The notes under the pieces: generated by a model
The model's database searches: none
Seen by the model: only the letters and a program-made list of their open reading frames with translations
What the model was told of the DNA's origin: nothing
Part shown: positions 8,169 through 16,497 of the stretch, in pieces
Position numbering within the stretch: the stretch's first letter is position 1
Layout: each line of letters opens with the position of its first letter
Program-made: the position numbers and the translations under genes
IMG/VR virus record: IMGVR_UViG_3300048848_000278
Span: 1-45,781 of that record
DNA: 45,781 nt
Reading direction: 5' to 3' (one strand)
Source of the DNA: a virus
Taxonomy: Duplodnaviria; Caudoviricetes

Positions 8169-8461
8169 GCGCCTGCGACCGCTGCGGCATCAGTGCCTGG
8201 CACCCCGAGGCGTTCGCCTGCACCCAAACCGATTGCGCGCTCCGTCGCGCTCAAGTCCTCCCTGCGGCTGTTACGTTCCCCCAAGACGGCAGCCGACACC
8301 TCGCCGGCGGCGCAAGCCCCCAAGACCTCGCCGCCGGTGATTTTCTTCCACGATGCCCCGTTTTCCATGCCGACGCAGATAGGCCGCTCCGCGGCACCGT
8401 CGCATCGGGAAACGCCATCGCCTCTTCCTCCCGCATGGAACGGTTGCAGAACAATGTTTGA
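8165..8461 (+). CDS. Hypothetical Cys-containing phage protein
   Basis: ATGA overlap with cro; CDRC...C...C at the N-terminus. Confidence 0.45.
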   Translation: MSACDRCGISAWHPEAFACTQTDCALRRAQVLPAAVTFPQDGSRHLAGGASPQDLAAGDFLPRCPVFHADADRPLRGTVASGNAIASSSRMERLQNNV

Positions 8462-8963
8462 CGGCAAGCTATCATCCGACGAGCAGGTGCTCGCCGCAGC
8501 GACCAAGCGCGCCGTCCAGGCGGCGGGCGGGCTGGAAATCTGCGAGCGCGAAACCGGCGTGTCGGACAGCCATATTTCGCGCTGCTGTTCGCCGAACCAT
8601 CGCGACAGCATCACCATCCGCGACGCGGTCGCGCTGGAGGCGATCGGCCACGGTGAGGCGGGACATCCGCACATCCTCCACGCCATGGCGCGGATCCGCG
8701 GCGGCGTTTTCATCATGCTGCCGGAGGCGCTGGTCGACGATCGATCGCTGCAGATGAGCGTCATCGAGCTCAGCAGCGAGCTGGGCGACGTGTCGCGGGC
8801 CGTCAGCGATGCCGTTGCCGGCACAGGAGCCGGTGGATCGGCGGTGCTGCCCGCGGAGGCGGGCATGGTGCTGGACCGTCTTGCCGACTTGGACCGGGCC
8901 AGCGCCTGCCTTCGCCATCAACTCGAACGCATTGCGAACGGAGCGCCGGCATCTCCGCAATGA
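8454..8963 (+). CDS. CII-like phage regulatory protein
   Basis: AATKRAVQAAGGLE....TGVSDSHISRCCSP HTH-like segment plus helical C-terminus; CII position downstream of cro. Confidence 0.6.
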   Translation: MFDGKLSSDEQVLAAATKRAVQAAGGLEICERETGVSDSHISRCCSPNHRDSITIRDAVALEAIGHGEAGHPHILHAMARIRGGVFIMLPEALVDDRSLQMSVIELSSELGDVSRAVSDAVAGTGAGGSAVLPAEAGMVLDRLADLDRASACLRHQLERIANGAPASPQ

Positions 8964-9001
8964 GGACCTAACCGCGGGCAGCCGCCCGACAGGAGTAAGA
9001 C

Positions 9002-9397
9002 ATGGACGATACGACTGGCGCGGAAGCCCATGCTTCCGCGAATGAGAGCCTGCGCCCGGCGCTGCCCGATGGCGAATACGCTATCGTCGAGCAGCTGGGT
9101 CACCGCACCATGATCGGACGCGTGGCCGAGGTGGAGCGCTTCGGCGCGAAGCTGATGCAGATCGAAGCGATCTTTGACGGGCAGCTGCTGCCTCCTACCT
9201 TCATCGGAGGCGGCGGTATCTACGCCTTCACGCCGGTCACGATCGAGGTCGCCGCCGCGCGTGCGCCGAAGAGCCGGTATCAGCTGCCGCCCGCGCTCGC
9301 CGCGCTGGTGCCGCCGACTGCGCTCCCCGCGCCTCATGAGGACGACATCGATCCGCCATTCGCGCCAGCTTTCCTCACCGGCGAGCCGCAGGAATGA
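9002..9397 (+). CDS. Phage hypothetical protein
   Basis: SD AGGAG; AIVEQLGHR..IGRV.EVERFGAKL pattern. Confidence 0.65.
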   Translation: MDDTTGAEAHASANESLRPALPDGEYAIVEQLGHRTMIGRVAEVERFGAKLMQIEAIFDGQLLPPTFIGGGGIYAFTPVTIEVAAARAPKSRYQLPPALAALVPPTALPAPHEDDIDPPFAPAFLTGEPQE

Positions 9398-9732
9398 CGA
9401 GCGTCATCGCAAAGGCACCGCCGACAACTTCCGAACATTCGGAAGTATCTGACCGGGTGCTCTCCGCGCCGCGGATGGTCGGTCTCGAAACAGCGTGTGA
9501 GGTGCTCTGCGACAAAGGCGGCATCAAGCACGTGGCGGCACTCATCGGGTGCAGCGAGCGCGGACTGTACGCCAAACGCAACGGGGACACAACGATCTCG
9601 AATTTCGAGGTTCGCCTTCTGGCGCGCGAGCTCGCCAAGGTCGCGGAGCGCTGCGCCCGGGTGTCGACCAACCTCTTCAAGGAGATCGGCGAGGAGCCCG
9701 CCGCTCTCATCAGCAAAGGGCCGAACGCATGA
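9394..9732 (+). CDS. Hypothetical HTH protein
   Basis: GGIKHVAALIGCSERGLYAKRNG; ATGA overlaps at both ends. Confidence 0.6.
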   Translation: MTSVIAKAPPTTSEHSEVSDRVLSAPRMVGLETACEVLCDKGGIKHVAALIGCSERGLYAKRNGDTTISNFEVRLLARELAKVAERCARVSTNLFKEIGEEPAALISKGPNA

Positions 9733-11078
9733 CCGTCACCGCCTTAGAACCCGACGCACGCGCCGCCGGTACGAGCGACATTGATCCGACCAGCATCACC
9801 ATGCTGGTGCTCTCGCGCATCAATCCGGGCGCCAATCCGCGTCGCTACTTCGACCCGAAGAAGCACGCTGAAATGGTCGACTCGCTGAAGCTGCGCGGGC
9901 TGCTGCAGCCCATCCTGGTCCGGCCTGATCCGGCTGATAGCGAGGCCTATCAGATCGTAGCCGGTGGACGCCGCCATAAAGCTGCGGTGGAAGCCTTCGG
10001 TCCGGACGGCATTGTCCCGGTGCGCATCCTTGTGATGAGCGACAGCGAGGCGCTGGAAGCGGCGATCGACGAGAACGACATCCGCGACGACGCCTCGGAG
10101 ACAGAGCAGGCTGACGCCGCCGTCCGCGTCCTGACGGCCTGCCAGGACGATCGCGCGGAGGCCTCCCGGCGGCTGGGCTGGTCGCGTGCGAAGCTCGATC
10201 GACGGCTCGCGCTGGCGAACCTTGCCGAGCCGGTGAAGGTCGCGCTCGATCAGCGCCGGATCATGGTCGGGCACGCCGAGCTGCTCGCCGTCATACCGGC
10301 GGACAAGCAGGAAAGGGCGCTCGACACCATCGTGACCCATAGCCTGGACGTCGCGAAGACGCGCGAGCTGCTGATGCGGGTGACGCAGAGCCTCGCCGCC
10401 GCCATTTTTGAGAAGGTCGAGTGCCTGACCTGCCCGTTCAACTCGGGCGCGCAGCGGGCCCTTTTCGACACCCATGTCGATGACGGGCACTGCACCAACC
10501 CCGGCTGCTATCAGCTGAAGACGGAAGCCGCGCAGGCAGGCAACGATCTCCACATCCGCGGCGATCAGTTTGCGGGCGCGGTGGCCACGAACGCGATCGC
10601 CGCACCAGCCGCCGACGCGAAGGCGTCCGATGCGCCGCCAGCGCCGGGCCCGGTGAAGCCGCCAGCGAAGTTGCCGGCGGGGCCGCAGCCCACTGTGAAC
10701 ACCAAGACGATCGCAGCGCGCAGCATGTCGATCCGGGACGCCGCCTGGCGTGTCGCGCTCGTCAAAGCGGCAGAGGGCGATCCGGAGTTCGCCACGACCT
10801 TCGAGGCGGTCCTGCGTGACACATGGGAGGTCAACACCGCGTTCCTCAGCAAGTTCGGCAAGGATGAGCTGAAGTTCATCGCGAGGGAATGCGGCCTGAT
10901 CGACCACATGGGCGAGCGGGCGTTTGCCAAGCTCCTCGACGCCAAGATCACCGACCTGATCGCGGGCATGCTCAACGCGAAGGGCTTTCGGTGGGCCGGT
11001 CGCTTGCCGAGCGCGATGACCGTCGACGGAACCTATGGCGCGCCGCCCGCCGCTGCCCCCCTCGCTTACAAGGATTGA
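9729..11078 (+). CDS. PRTRC system ParB-family protein
   Basis: NPRRYFD, GLLQPILVRP, IVAGGRR, AAIDEN..R, HTH LGWSRAKLDRRLAL, GHAELL, C..CPFNS...C.NP.CY Zn motif. Confidence 0.9.
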   Translation: MTVTALEPDARAAGTSDIDPTSITMLVLSRINPGANPRRYFDPKKHAEMVDSLKLRGLLQPILVRPDPADSEAYQIVAGGRRHKAAVEAFGPDGIVPVRILVMSDSEALEAAIDENDIRDDASETEQADAAVRVLTACQDDRAEASRRLGWSRAKLDRRLALANLAEPVKVALDQRRIMVGHAELLAVIPADKQERALDTIVTHSLDVAKTRELLMRVTQSLAAAIFEKVECLTCPFNSGAQRALFDTHVDDGHCTNPGCYQLKTEAAQAGNDLHIRGDQFAGAVATNAIAAPAADAKASDAPPAPGPVKPPAKLPAGPQPTVNTKTIAARSMSIRDAAWRVALVKAAEGDPEFATTFEAVLRDTWEVNTAFLSKFGKDELKFIARECGLIDHMGERAFAKLLDAKITDLIAGMLNAKGFRWAGRLPSAMTVDGTYGAPPAAAPLAYKD

Positions 11079-11082
11079 TCCC

Positions 11083-11529
11083 ATGCTGATCACCAGCCTG
11101 TTGCCGCTGCTGTCGCGCTACTCGCTCGGCTTCGACCTCGTCGCCGGTCCGGACGAGACGGTCACGCTGACCATCCTGCCGCGAAAGTCGGAAGGCACGA
11201 AGCACGTACCGGAGGGCGCGGAGGTCCGACCGATCTCCATCACGGGTACCGCCGCGGAGATCGATGCCGAACTGACCAAGGGCACCGCCGGCGCGCTCGG
11301 CCAGCTGCTCTCCGCGCGCAAGGCGCTGGGCGATCAGATCGCCGAGCAGCTGAAGGCGGCGGATGACGCAAAGACCGCGGCGGCGGCGAAGTCGAAGCCT
11401 GCTGCCAAGCCGGCGGCGGCGAAAACGTCCGCACCCGAAAAGCCAGCCGCGGCCGCGACGCCGACCCCGCCCCCGGCCAGCGCTCCGAACGTCGATCCGA
11501 AGCCCGGGGAGCCGGTCAGCCTCTTCTGA
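11083..11529 (+). CDS. PRTRC system protein E
   Basis: VTLTILP...PISITGTAAEIDAEL, Ala/Lys/Pro-rich tail ending SLF; position between ParB and protein C. Confidence 0.82.
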   Translation: MLITSLLPLLSRYSLGFDLVAGPDETVTLTILPRKSEGTKHVPEGAEVRPISITGTAAEIDAELTKGTAGALGQLLSARKALGDQIAEQLKAADDAKTAAAAKSKPAAKPAAAKTSAPEKPAAAATPTPPPASAPNVDPKPGEPVSLF

Positions 11530-11566
11530 TCGCCACCGTCACCGCAACTCTGTTCTCGAGGCCACC

Positions 11567-11773
11567 ATGCAGATCAACGAGCTCACCCGCGCCTACCGTT
11601 ACGACGGCATCGACCTTCCGATTCCGCCGCACCTCGCCGCCGATCCGCAGGGCCTCCGCGCGTACCATGCGACGCTCTACCCGGCGATCCTCAACGCCGA
11701 GACAGTCGACGCCGGCGTGACCGGGGGCGTGCACGTCACCGAGTACCGGCGGGCCGTCGGCACCAAGGGCTGA
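11567..11773 (+). CDS. PRTRC system protein C (prokaryotic ubiquitin-like protein)
   Basis: 68 aa, L.R.YRY.G..LP.P...YP.I.NA...RRAVGTKG, ending in a free C-terminal Gly. Confidence 0.9.
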   Translation: MQINELTRAYRYDGIDLPIPPHLAADPQGLRAYHATLYPAILNAETVDAGVTGGVHVTEYRRAVGTKG

Positions 11774-11775
11774 CG

Positions 11776-11991
11776 ATGCCGCCTGCGCTCGCGGCCATCC
11801 CGCCAGCCTCCCGCAAGACCCTCCTCGAATGGATCGACCATGATGATGGCGACACGACCGGCACTTCCCAGCCCGAGACCAGCCCGGATCTCCAGGCGCT
11901 CCACACGAGCGTCCTCGCCGCGCTTCACCGCTCCGATCACCGGGAGCCGCTTCAGCCGCCGCCCGGCCTCCGCCTCGCGCCCCTCGGTTGA
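11776..11991 (+). CDS. Small PRTRC-associated hypothetical protein, overlapping the 5' end of protein F
   Basis: ATG 2 nt after the protein C stop; plausible composition. Confidence 0.5.
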   Translation: MPPALAAIPPASRKTLLEWIDHDDGDTTGTSQPETSPDLQALHTSVLAALHRSDHREPLQPPPGLRLAPLG

Positions 11992-12970
11992 TCTTGCCGG
12001 GCGACCGATCGCCCTTGCCGTCGACGTGCCGGCATCGTTCGACGCACCGCTGGCGGCACACCACCGGCTGATCGGCCGATGGGTCGCGGCGCGTGAGGAG
12101 GGCGCGCCGCCGCTTACGCGCGCCGCCGCCCGGCAGCATATCGAGCAGGTGTTCGGCGCGGCGGTCGACGAGGTCCTGCGGCCGTTCGAGCTGGCCGATC
12201 TGCGCGTCGTCGTGCTGTTCGGTGATGATGGTCGCCCGCCCGCGCTCGCGATCATGTGCGACAGCGTCGGCCAGATCGATCTCGGCTGGATCGAGAAAAC
12301 CAACGTGCTCCGCAACACGATCGTCGCCCCCGTCGCTCCGGTCGGCTGGCGCGCGGCGGCTTATCAGGCGCTGGAGCAATGCCTTGGCGCGGCACTGCCG
12401 GTGTTCTCGTACGACGACATGATCGAGGAACTCTCGGCCTATTATTGGGACGGCGAGACAAGCGACGACGGCGCCCGCAACTCGCTGATCGAGTGGCACG
12501 GCCATGATCCCGCAGACCTCGACGAGATGACGCTGCCGTCGCAGATCGCGGCCCGCCGTCCGGACTGGATGACCGCAAAGGCGTCGCCGCAGAAGGATAT
12601 GCCACCGTCGTTGCGCCGTGCGCTTGCGCGGGTTCGCAAGGCCCATGCCGCTCTCACGGGCGCGATGCCGGCCAGCGGAGCGTGGCACCTGCGCCACGAC
12701 GAAGTCCTTACCTACGTCCCGGAATTCGAAGAGCGCAGCCACCTGCCGCCGCTGACGCTCGTGCCATTCGACGAGTTCGGCCGCGAGCTCGACGACGTCG
12801 GTCGATTCGGCATGGAGCAAGGCTTCTACGACATCGCCGGCCTCTGCGCCCTCGCCGACGTCGATGCCATCGACGCGTGGTTCGCCTCACTCCGCATGGG
12901 CGCCGAGCTGGTGCTGGCCGCGCAGGCGCTGATCAATCTCGATCCCGCTGACATGAGGGCGTGGAAATGA
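11840..12970 (+). CDS. PRTRC system protein F
   Basis: Size and position between C and B; YYWDGETSDD motif; start uncertain (11840 ATG or 12026 GTG). Confidence 0.78.
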   Translation: MMMATRPALPSPRPARISRRSTRASSPRFTAPITGSRFSRRPASASRPSVDLAGRPIALAVDVPASFDAPLAAHHRLIGRWVAAREEGAPPLTRAAARQHIEQVFGAAVDEVLRPFELADLRVVVLFGDDGRPPALAIMCDSVGQIDLGWIEKTNVLRNTIVAPVAPVGWRAAAYQALEQCLGAALPVFSYDDMIEELSAYYWDGETSDDGARNSLIEWHGHDPADLDEMTLPSQIAARRPDWMTAKASPQKDMPPSLRRALARVRKAHAALTGAMPASGAWHLRHDEVLTYVPEFEERSHLPPLTLVPFDEFGRELDDVGRFGMEQGFYDIAGLCALADVDAIDAWFASLRMGAELVLAAQALINLDPADMRAWK

Positions 12971-13773
12971 CGATCTCGACACAATTCGAACCGACCGACG
13001 GCGACATGGTGCTGACCAACGCGATCCTGCTTTATCGCAGCCAGGCGCGCAGCGATCCGGACCGCTTTACGCCGGTGCATGCCGCCGGGCCGACATTTGC
13101 CAGCATCCATCCCGTCGAGCGCGCGGACGGGAACCCGACGATCGGCGCAGGAAGCCCGTTGTCGCGCTCGCACCTTCGCCGATGGACTGAGGCGCTCGGG
13201 CGCACGCAGGTTCCCGACATCCTGCCGGCCAACGTTCTGGTCGCGCATCCGGACCTGCTCGCGTGGTGGGTGCCTGCGGCTGTACGGACATCGTACTTCG
13301 CGCTGACCTCGCCGCCGAAGGGACTGGCCAAGCTGGCCGCGCGGATCGTGCTGCCGCTGCCCTATCCTGCGCACGTATTCATTGCGACGCAGGGGCGGCT
13401 TGGTGTCTACGCGCTGCCTGCCAGTGAGCGACCGACGTCGGAGACGGTCGTCCTCCATTCGCCGGTGCTCAACGTCTACATCGACGGGAGCCTGTGCTGG
13501 GGCAACATCGCCGTGCCCAAGTCGATCACGCCCGCATTGATGCCGGATTATGAGCGCGCCGTCTTCGATTCCTGGTCGACGCATCCGAACATCGGTCAGG
13601 AGAGCACCGTCACCGGGAAGGGTGGCCTCGTGCGGCTGTGGGATAGCCTCGCAGCGCGGAAGGCCGACAGTTTTCCGATCGATCGCCTGAAACCGTTCGG
13701 CGTCTCGAAGTCTGATCCCGGCGATCAGTCGTCCACGCTGGGCGCGATCATCAAGCGGAGCATCGGCGCATGA
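12967..13773 (+). CDS. PRTRC system protein B (E2-like conjugating enzyme)
   Basis: IHPV...IGAGSPL, WWVPA..R, LPYP, HSPVLNVYIDGSLCWGN (E2 catalytic Cys context), STHPN. Confidence 0.88.
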   Translation: MTISTQFEPTDGDMVLTNAILLYRSQARSDPDRFTPVHAAGPTFASIHPVERADGNPTIGAGSPLSRSHLRRWTEALGRTQVPDILPANVLVAHPDLLAWWVPAAVRTSYFALTSPPKGLAKLAARIVLPLPYPAHVFIATQGRLGVYALPASERPTSETVVLHSPVLNVYIDGSLCWGNIAVPKSITPALMPDYERAVFDSWSTHPNIGQESTVTGKGGLVRLWDSLAARKADSFPIDRLKPFGVSKSDPGDQSSTLGAIIKRSIGA

Positions 13774-14429
13774 GCCGGCTCGCCGATGATCCGACGTCCG
13801 CCGAGGTTCTGGCAGCGGTGCCTTGTCTGCCGGTTCCACCGTCGGGGCGTTCCCCTGCGATCGATGCACTGCGCGCGATGCGGGCGGGGCATGGTGTGGC
13901 GGTCGGCCATGACGGCGTCATGCTGATCCTGCGCCGGGCTTGGCTCGCTGTCGACTTTCCCATCGCCCCGCGTTTCGCCGCTTACCTGCCATATGGCAGC
14001 ATTGGTGATGCTCGGGCCTATCTCCGCTGCGGCCTCGTACCGACGGAGCTGCTCGTTGCGATCCTCGCGCATCTACGCGCAGCACTGCCCAACGAGGCCG
14101 CGGCCTTCGTGATCTGGAACGAGGCGACGGGAGACTTCGCGGTCGACTTCCCGGTGATCGACGAAGCGACGCCGTCGCGGCTCGTCTACCGGACACCGCA
14201 ACTTGCCGCCGACTGGCATCTGGTCTGCGACATCCACAGCCACGGCACGGCGCCCGCGTTCTTCAGCGCGACCGACGATGAGGATGATGTGCACGCGACC
14301 AAGATCGCGATGGTGTTCGGCAACCTGGACGAGCCGGCCGGACCCACAACGGCCTCCCGGCTGTGCGCGGGCGGCATGTTCCTGCCGATGCCCCGCAGCC
14401 CCTTCGCTGGAGATCGTCATGCAGAATGA
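13770..14429 (+). CDS. PRTRC system protein A (JAB/JAMM metallo-isopeptidase)
   Basis: PNEAAA...DIHSHG..PAFFSATDDEDD = E...HxH...S..D JAMM motif. Confidence 0.9.
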   Translation: MSRLADDPTSAEVLAAVPCLPVPPSGRSPAIDALRAMRAGHGVAVGHDGVMLILRRAWLAVDFPIAPRFAAYLPYGSIGDARAYLRCGLVPTELLVAILAHLRAALPNEAAAFVIWNEATGDFAVDFPVIDEATPSRLVYRTPQLAADWHLVCDIHSHGTAPAFFSATDDEDDVHATKIAMVFGNLDEPAGPTTASRLCAGGMFLPMPRSPFAGDRHAE

Positions 14430-15192
14430 CACCGCCCCACGGCACTTCCTGCCGGACCGCCTCGGTAACGGGGCGATCAATGTCCTGCTCGCCGGGTGCG
14501 GCGGCAATGGCGGGCAGATGATGATGGGGCTGGCGTCGCTCCATGCCGCCCTACAGGCGATCTCTTCGCGCGCTCTGCGCGTCACCGTCGTCGATGACGA
14601 TACGGTGAGCGAGGCGAACCTTGGACGCCAGCCGTTCTATCGGTGCGACCTCGGCGCCTCCAAGGCTCGGACGCTAACCGAGCGGATCAACATCGCCCAT
14701 GGGTTGGACTGGCGCGCGGTCCACGGCCGGGTGCCCGCCGACATCGGCGTCTCTGGCTTCGATATCGTCATCACCTGCGTCGACACCGCGGCCGCGCGCC
14801 GTGCCATCGGTGCGGCGATCGCGGCGGCGCAGCCGAGGCCGCGCTACTGGATGGATCTCGGCAACCGTGCGACCGACGGCCAGTTCCTGATCGGCTGCCC
14901 CGGCCACGCCGCCGGCCTGCCGTCGGATCGTCTGCCGACCGTGCTCGAGTATTTCCCGGAGCTGGCCGATGACGGGATCGTCGAGGATGACGCTCCGTCC
15001 TGTTCGGTTGCCGAAGCGCTCGATCGCCAATCGCTGTTCGTGAACCGGGTCGTTGCCAGCCATGCGCTGGCGCTGCTGTTCGATCTGCTCGGCCGCGGAT
15101 CGATCGGCCATGCCGGGGCCTTCATCAATCTGGCCAGCGGTCAGGCGGTTCCCATACCGCTGCCGCCATCGCCCAGCCCGGCGCTGCTCTGA
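14419..15192 (+). CDS. PRTRC system ThiF-family protein (E1-like adenylating enzyme)
   Basis: GCGGNGG, DDDTVSEANLGRQ, K.R, ITCVD...AR, WMDLGN, PSCS..EAL.RQSLFVN. Confidence 0.92.
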   Translation: MQNDTAPRHFLPDRLGNGAINVLLAGCGGNGGQMMMGLASLHAALQAISSRALRVTVVDDDTVSEANLGRQPFYRCDLGASKARTLTERINIAHGLDWRAVHGRVPADIGVSGFDIVITCVDTAAARRAIGAAIAAAQPRPRYWMDLGNRATDGQFLIGCPGHAAGLPSDRLPTVLEYFPELADDGIVEDDAPSCSVAEALDRQSLFVNRVVASHALALLFDLLGRGSIGHAGAFINLASGQAVPIPLPPSPSPALL

Positions 15193-15647
15193 TGATCCGG
15201 CTTCTTACTTCCGAGGCGATAGCCTGGAACCGCGAGCACGCGGCAATGTGGGAGGCTCGCGCCGACGAACGGCGCGCGGCCGGCGGCGTACTCAACACCA
15301 ACATAGCGGCGGCGCTTCACCTCGTCGTTCGGGACATGCGTGCCGCCATAGCTGCCGCCACCCTCGCTGCGCCGGTAGAGCGCGATATCGTAGGTGAGGT
15401 GGAGCAGCTGGAGGCGCAGCTCGCCGCGTGGCAACCGGGCACGTATCCAGGCACCGATATCATGGTGCGCGTCGGGCCAATCTCCGACGGCGTCAGGCAC
15501 GACATCCGCTGCAAGATTGCGGCTCTGACAGGTGAAGCGCTGCCGGCCGAGCCGGTGATAGCGATTCCACCGGTCATCGTACCGCCGGCGGAAGCGATGC
15601 CCTTCACTGCCGGGCCGCAACTCGACCTGTTCGGGATCGCAGCATGA
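15192..15647 (+). CDS. Hypothetical protein with near-terminal QLDLF motif
   Basis: TGATG coupling to ThiF; ends PQLDLFGIAA. Confidence 0.6.
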   Translation: MIRLLTSEAIAWNREHAAMWEARADERRAAGGVLNTNIAAALHLVVRDMRAAIAAATLAAPVERDIVGEVEQLEAQLAAWQPGTYPGTDIMVRVGPISDGVRHDIRCKIAALTGEALPAEPVIAIPPVIVPPAEAMPFTAGPQLDLFGIAA

Positions 15648-15799
15648 CGCGCCGCCGTAAACCGCCGCTGCCAAGGCAAGTCGCCGAGAAGCGCGCAGCG
15701 CCATGCACTTGCGCGGAGTGTCGCGCGCTCGACCGCGAGCATCCGATGGAAGGTATCCAGTTGCGCCTGCTTCCCGACCTGTTCGTCGGGGCGGCATGA
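15644..15799 (+). CDS. 51-aa CxCxxC protein (not in the ORF track)
   Basis: MTRRRKPPLPRQVAEKRAAPCTCAECRALDREHPMEGIQLRLLPDLFVGAA; ATGA overlaps at both ends. Confidence 0.5.
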   Translation: MTRRRKPPLPRQVAEKRAAPCTCAECRALDREHPMEGIQLRLLPDLFVGAA

Positions 15800-16497
15800 T
15801 GGCGCTCGTCTATCACGGCACGCCGCTGACGCCCGCGGCGGCGCTTCATGCCGTCGCCGGCCGTGCATTCTGCGTCAGCTACTATCGGGCAGACGACGCT
15901 GGCAGAGTGGAAGCGATGGCGCCGTACGTCATGTATGACAACGGTGCTTTCAGCTTCTGGATGCAGGCGATCCGGCAAGGCGTCGACCCGATGGACGCCG
16001 GCTGCGGCGACTGGTCAGGATATTACGGCTGGCTTGAAGAGCGCCTATGGGACGCGGGCCGCTGGGCGGTGATACCGGACAAGCCGGCGGCGCCTTCGCA
16101 GTTGAATGATGGTCTGCTGAATGAGTGGCCGCATGGCCGCGCACGCGGCGCGCCGGTCTGGCACATGGATGGCTCGCTCGACCGATTGGCGCGACTGTGT
16201 GATCGATACGACCGCGTCTGCCTCGGGTGGATCGGTGATCCGAAGCGCGAGCCGGTCGGGTGTGACGCTTACCGCGCCAGAATGGACGAGGTCGCGGGCC
16301 TCATGGGCAACAGCTGGCATCCGCTGCACATGCTGCGCGGCGTGCTGGTCGGCGGCGAATATCCGTTCGTGAGCTGCGACAGCACCAGCCTCGCCCAGAA
16401 CCACCATCGGTACAGGTTACCCCTCTTCGCTGGCACGGCCGACGAATGGACCGGCGTTCGCGCCTATGCCGACAAGCTCGAGGCAATGGCCGCGTGA
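15796..16497 (+). CDS. TGT/DpdA-like (guanine transglycosylase fold) phage protein
   Basis: YDNGAFSFW, IPD, PVWH, HMLRG, SCDSTS in the order of TGT-superfamily DSG.F / PD / PV.H / H.LG / S.DSS motifs. Confidence 0.55.
   Translation: MMALVYHGTPLTPAAALHAVAGRAFCVSYYRADDAGRVEAMAPYVMYDNGAFSFWMQAIRQGVDPMDAGCGDWSGYYGWLEERLWDAGRWAVIPDKPAAPSQLNDGLLNEWPHGRARGAPVWHMDGSLDRLARLCDRYDRVCLGWIGDPKREPVGCDAYRARMDEVAGLMGNSWHPLHMLRGVLVGGEYPFVSCDSTSLAQNHHRYRLPLFAGTADEWTGVRAYADKLEAMAA

Noticed and set aside
9744-12820. Long antisense ORFs 9744-11093 and 11516-12820
   Set aside because: Shadows of the PRTRC genes in high-GC DNA; no motifs, Arg/Gly-rich composition
9729-15192. PRTRC as CBASS, Bil or a thiamine/molybdopterin biosynthesis operon, or as a separate transposon
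   Set aside because: No CD-NTase, effector or ThiG/MoaE; gene set and order fit PRTRC; no transposase or terminal repeats seen, and both ends overlap phage genes
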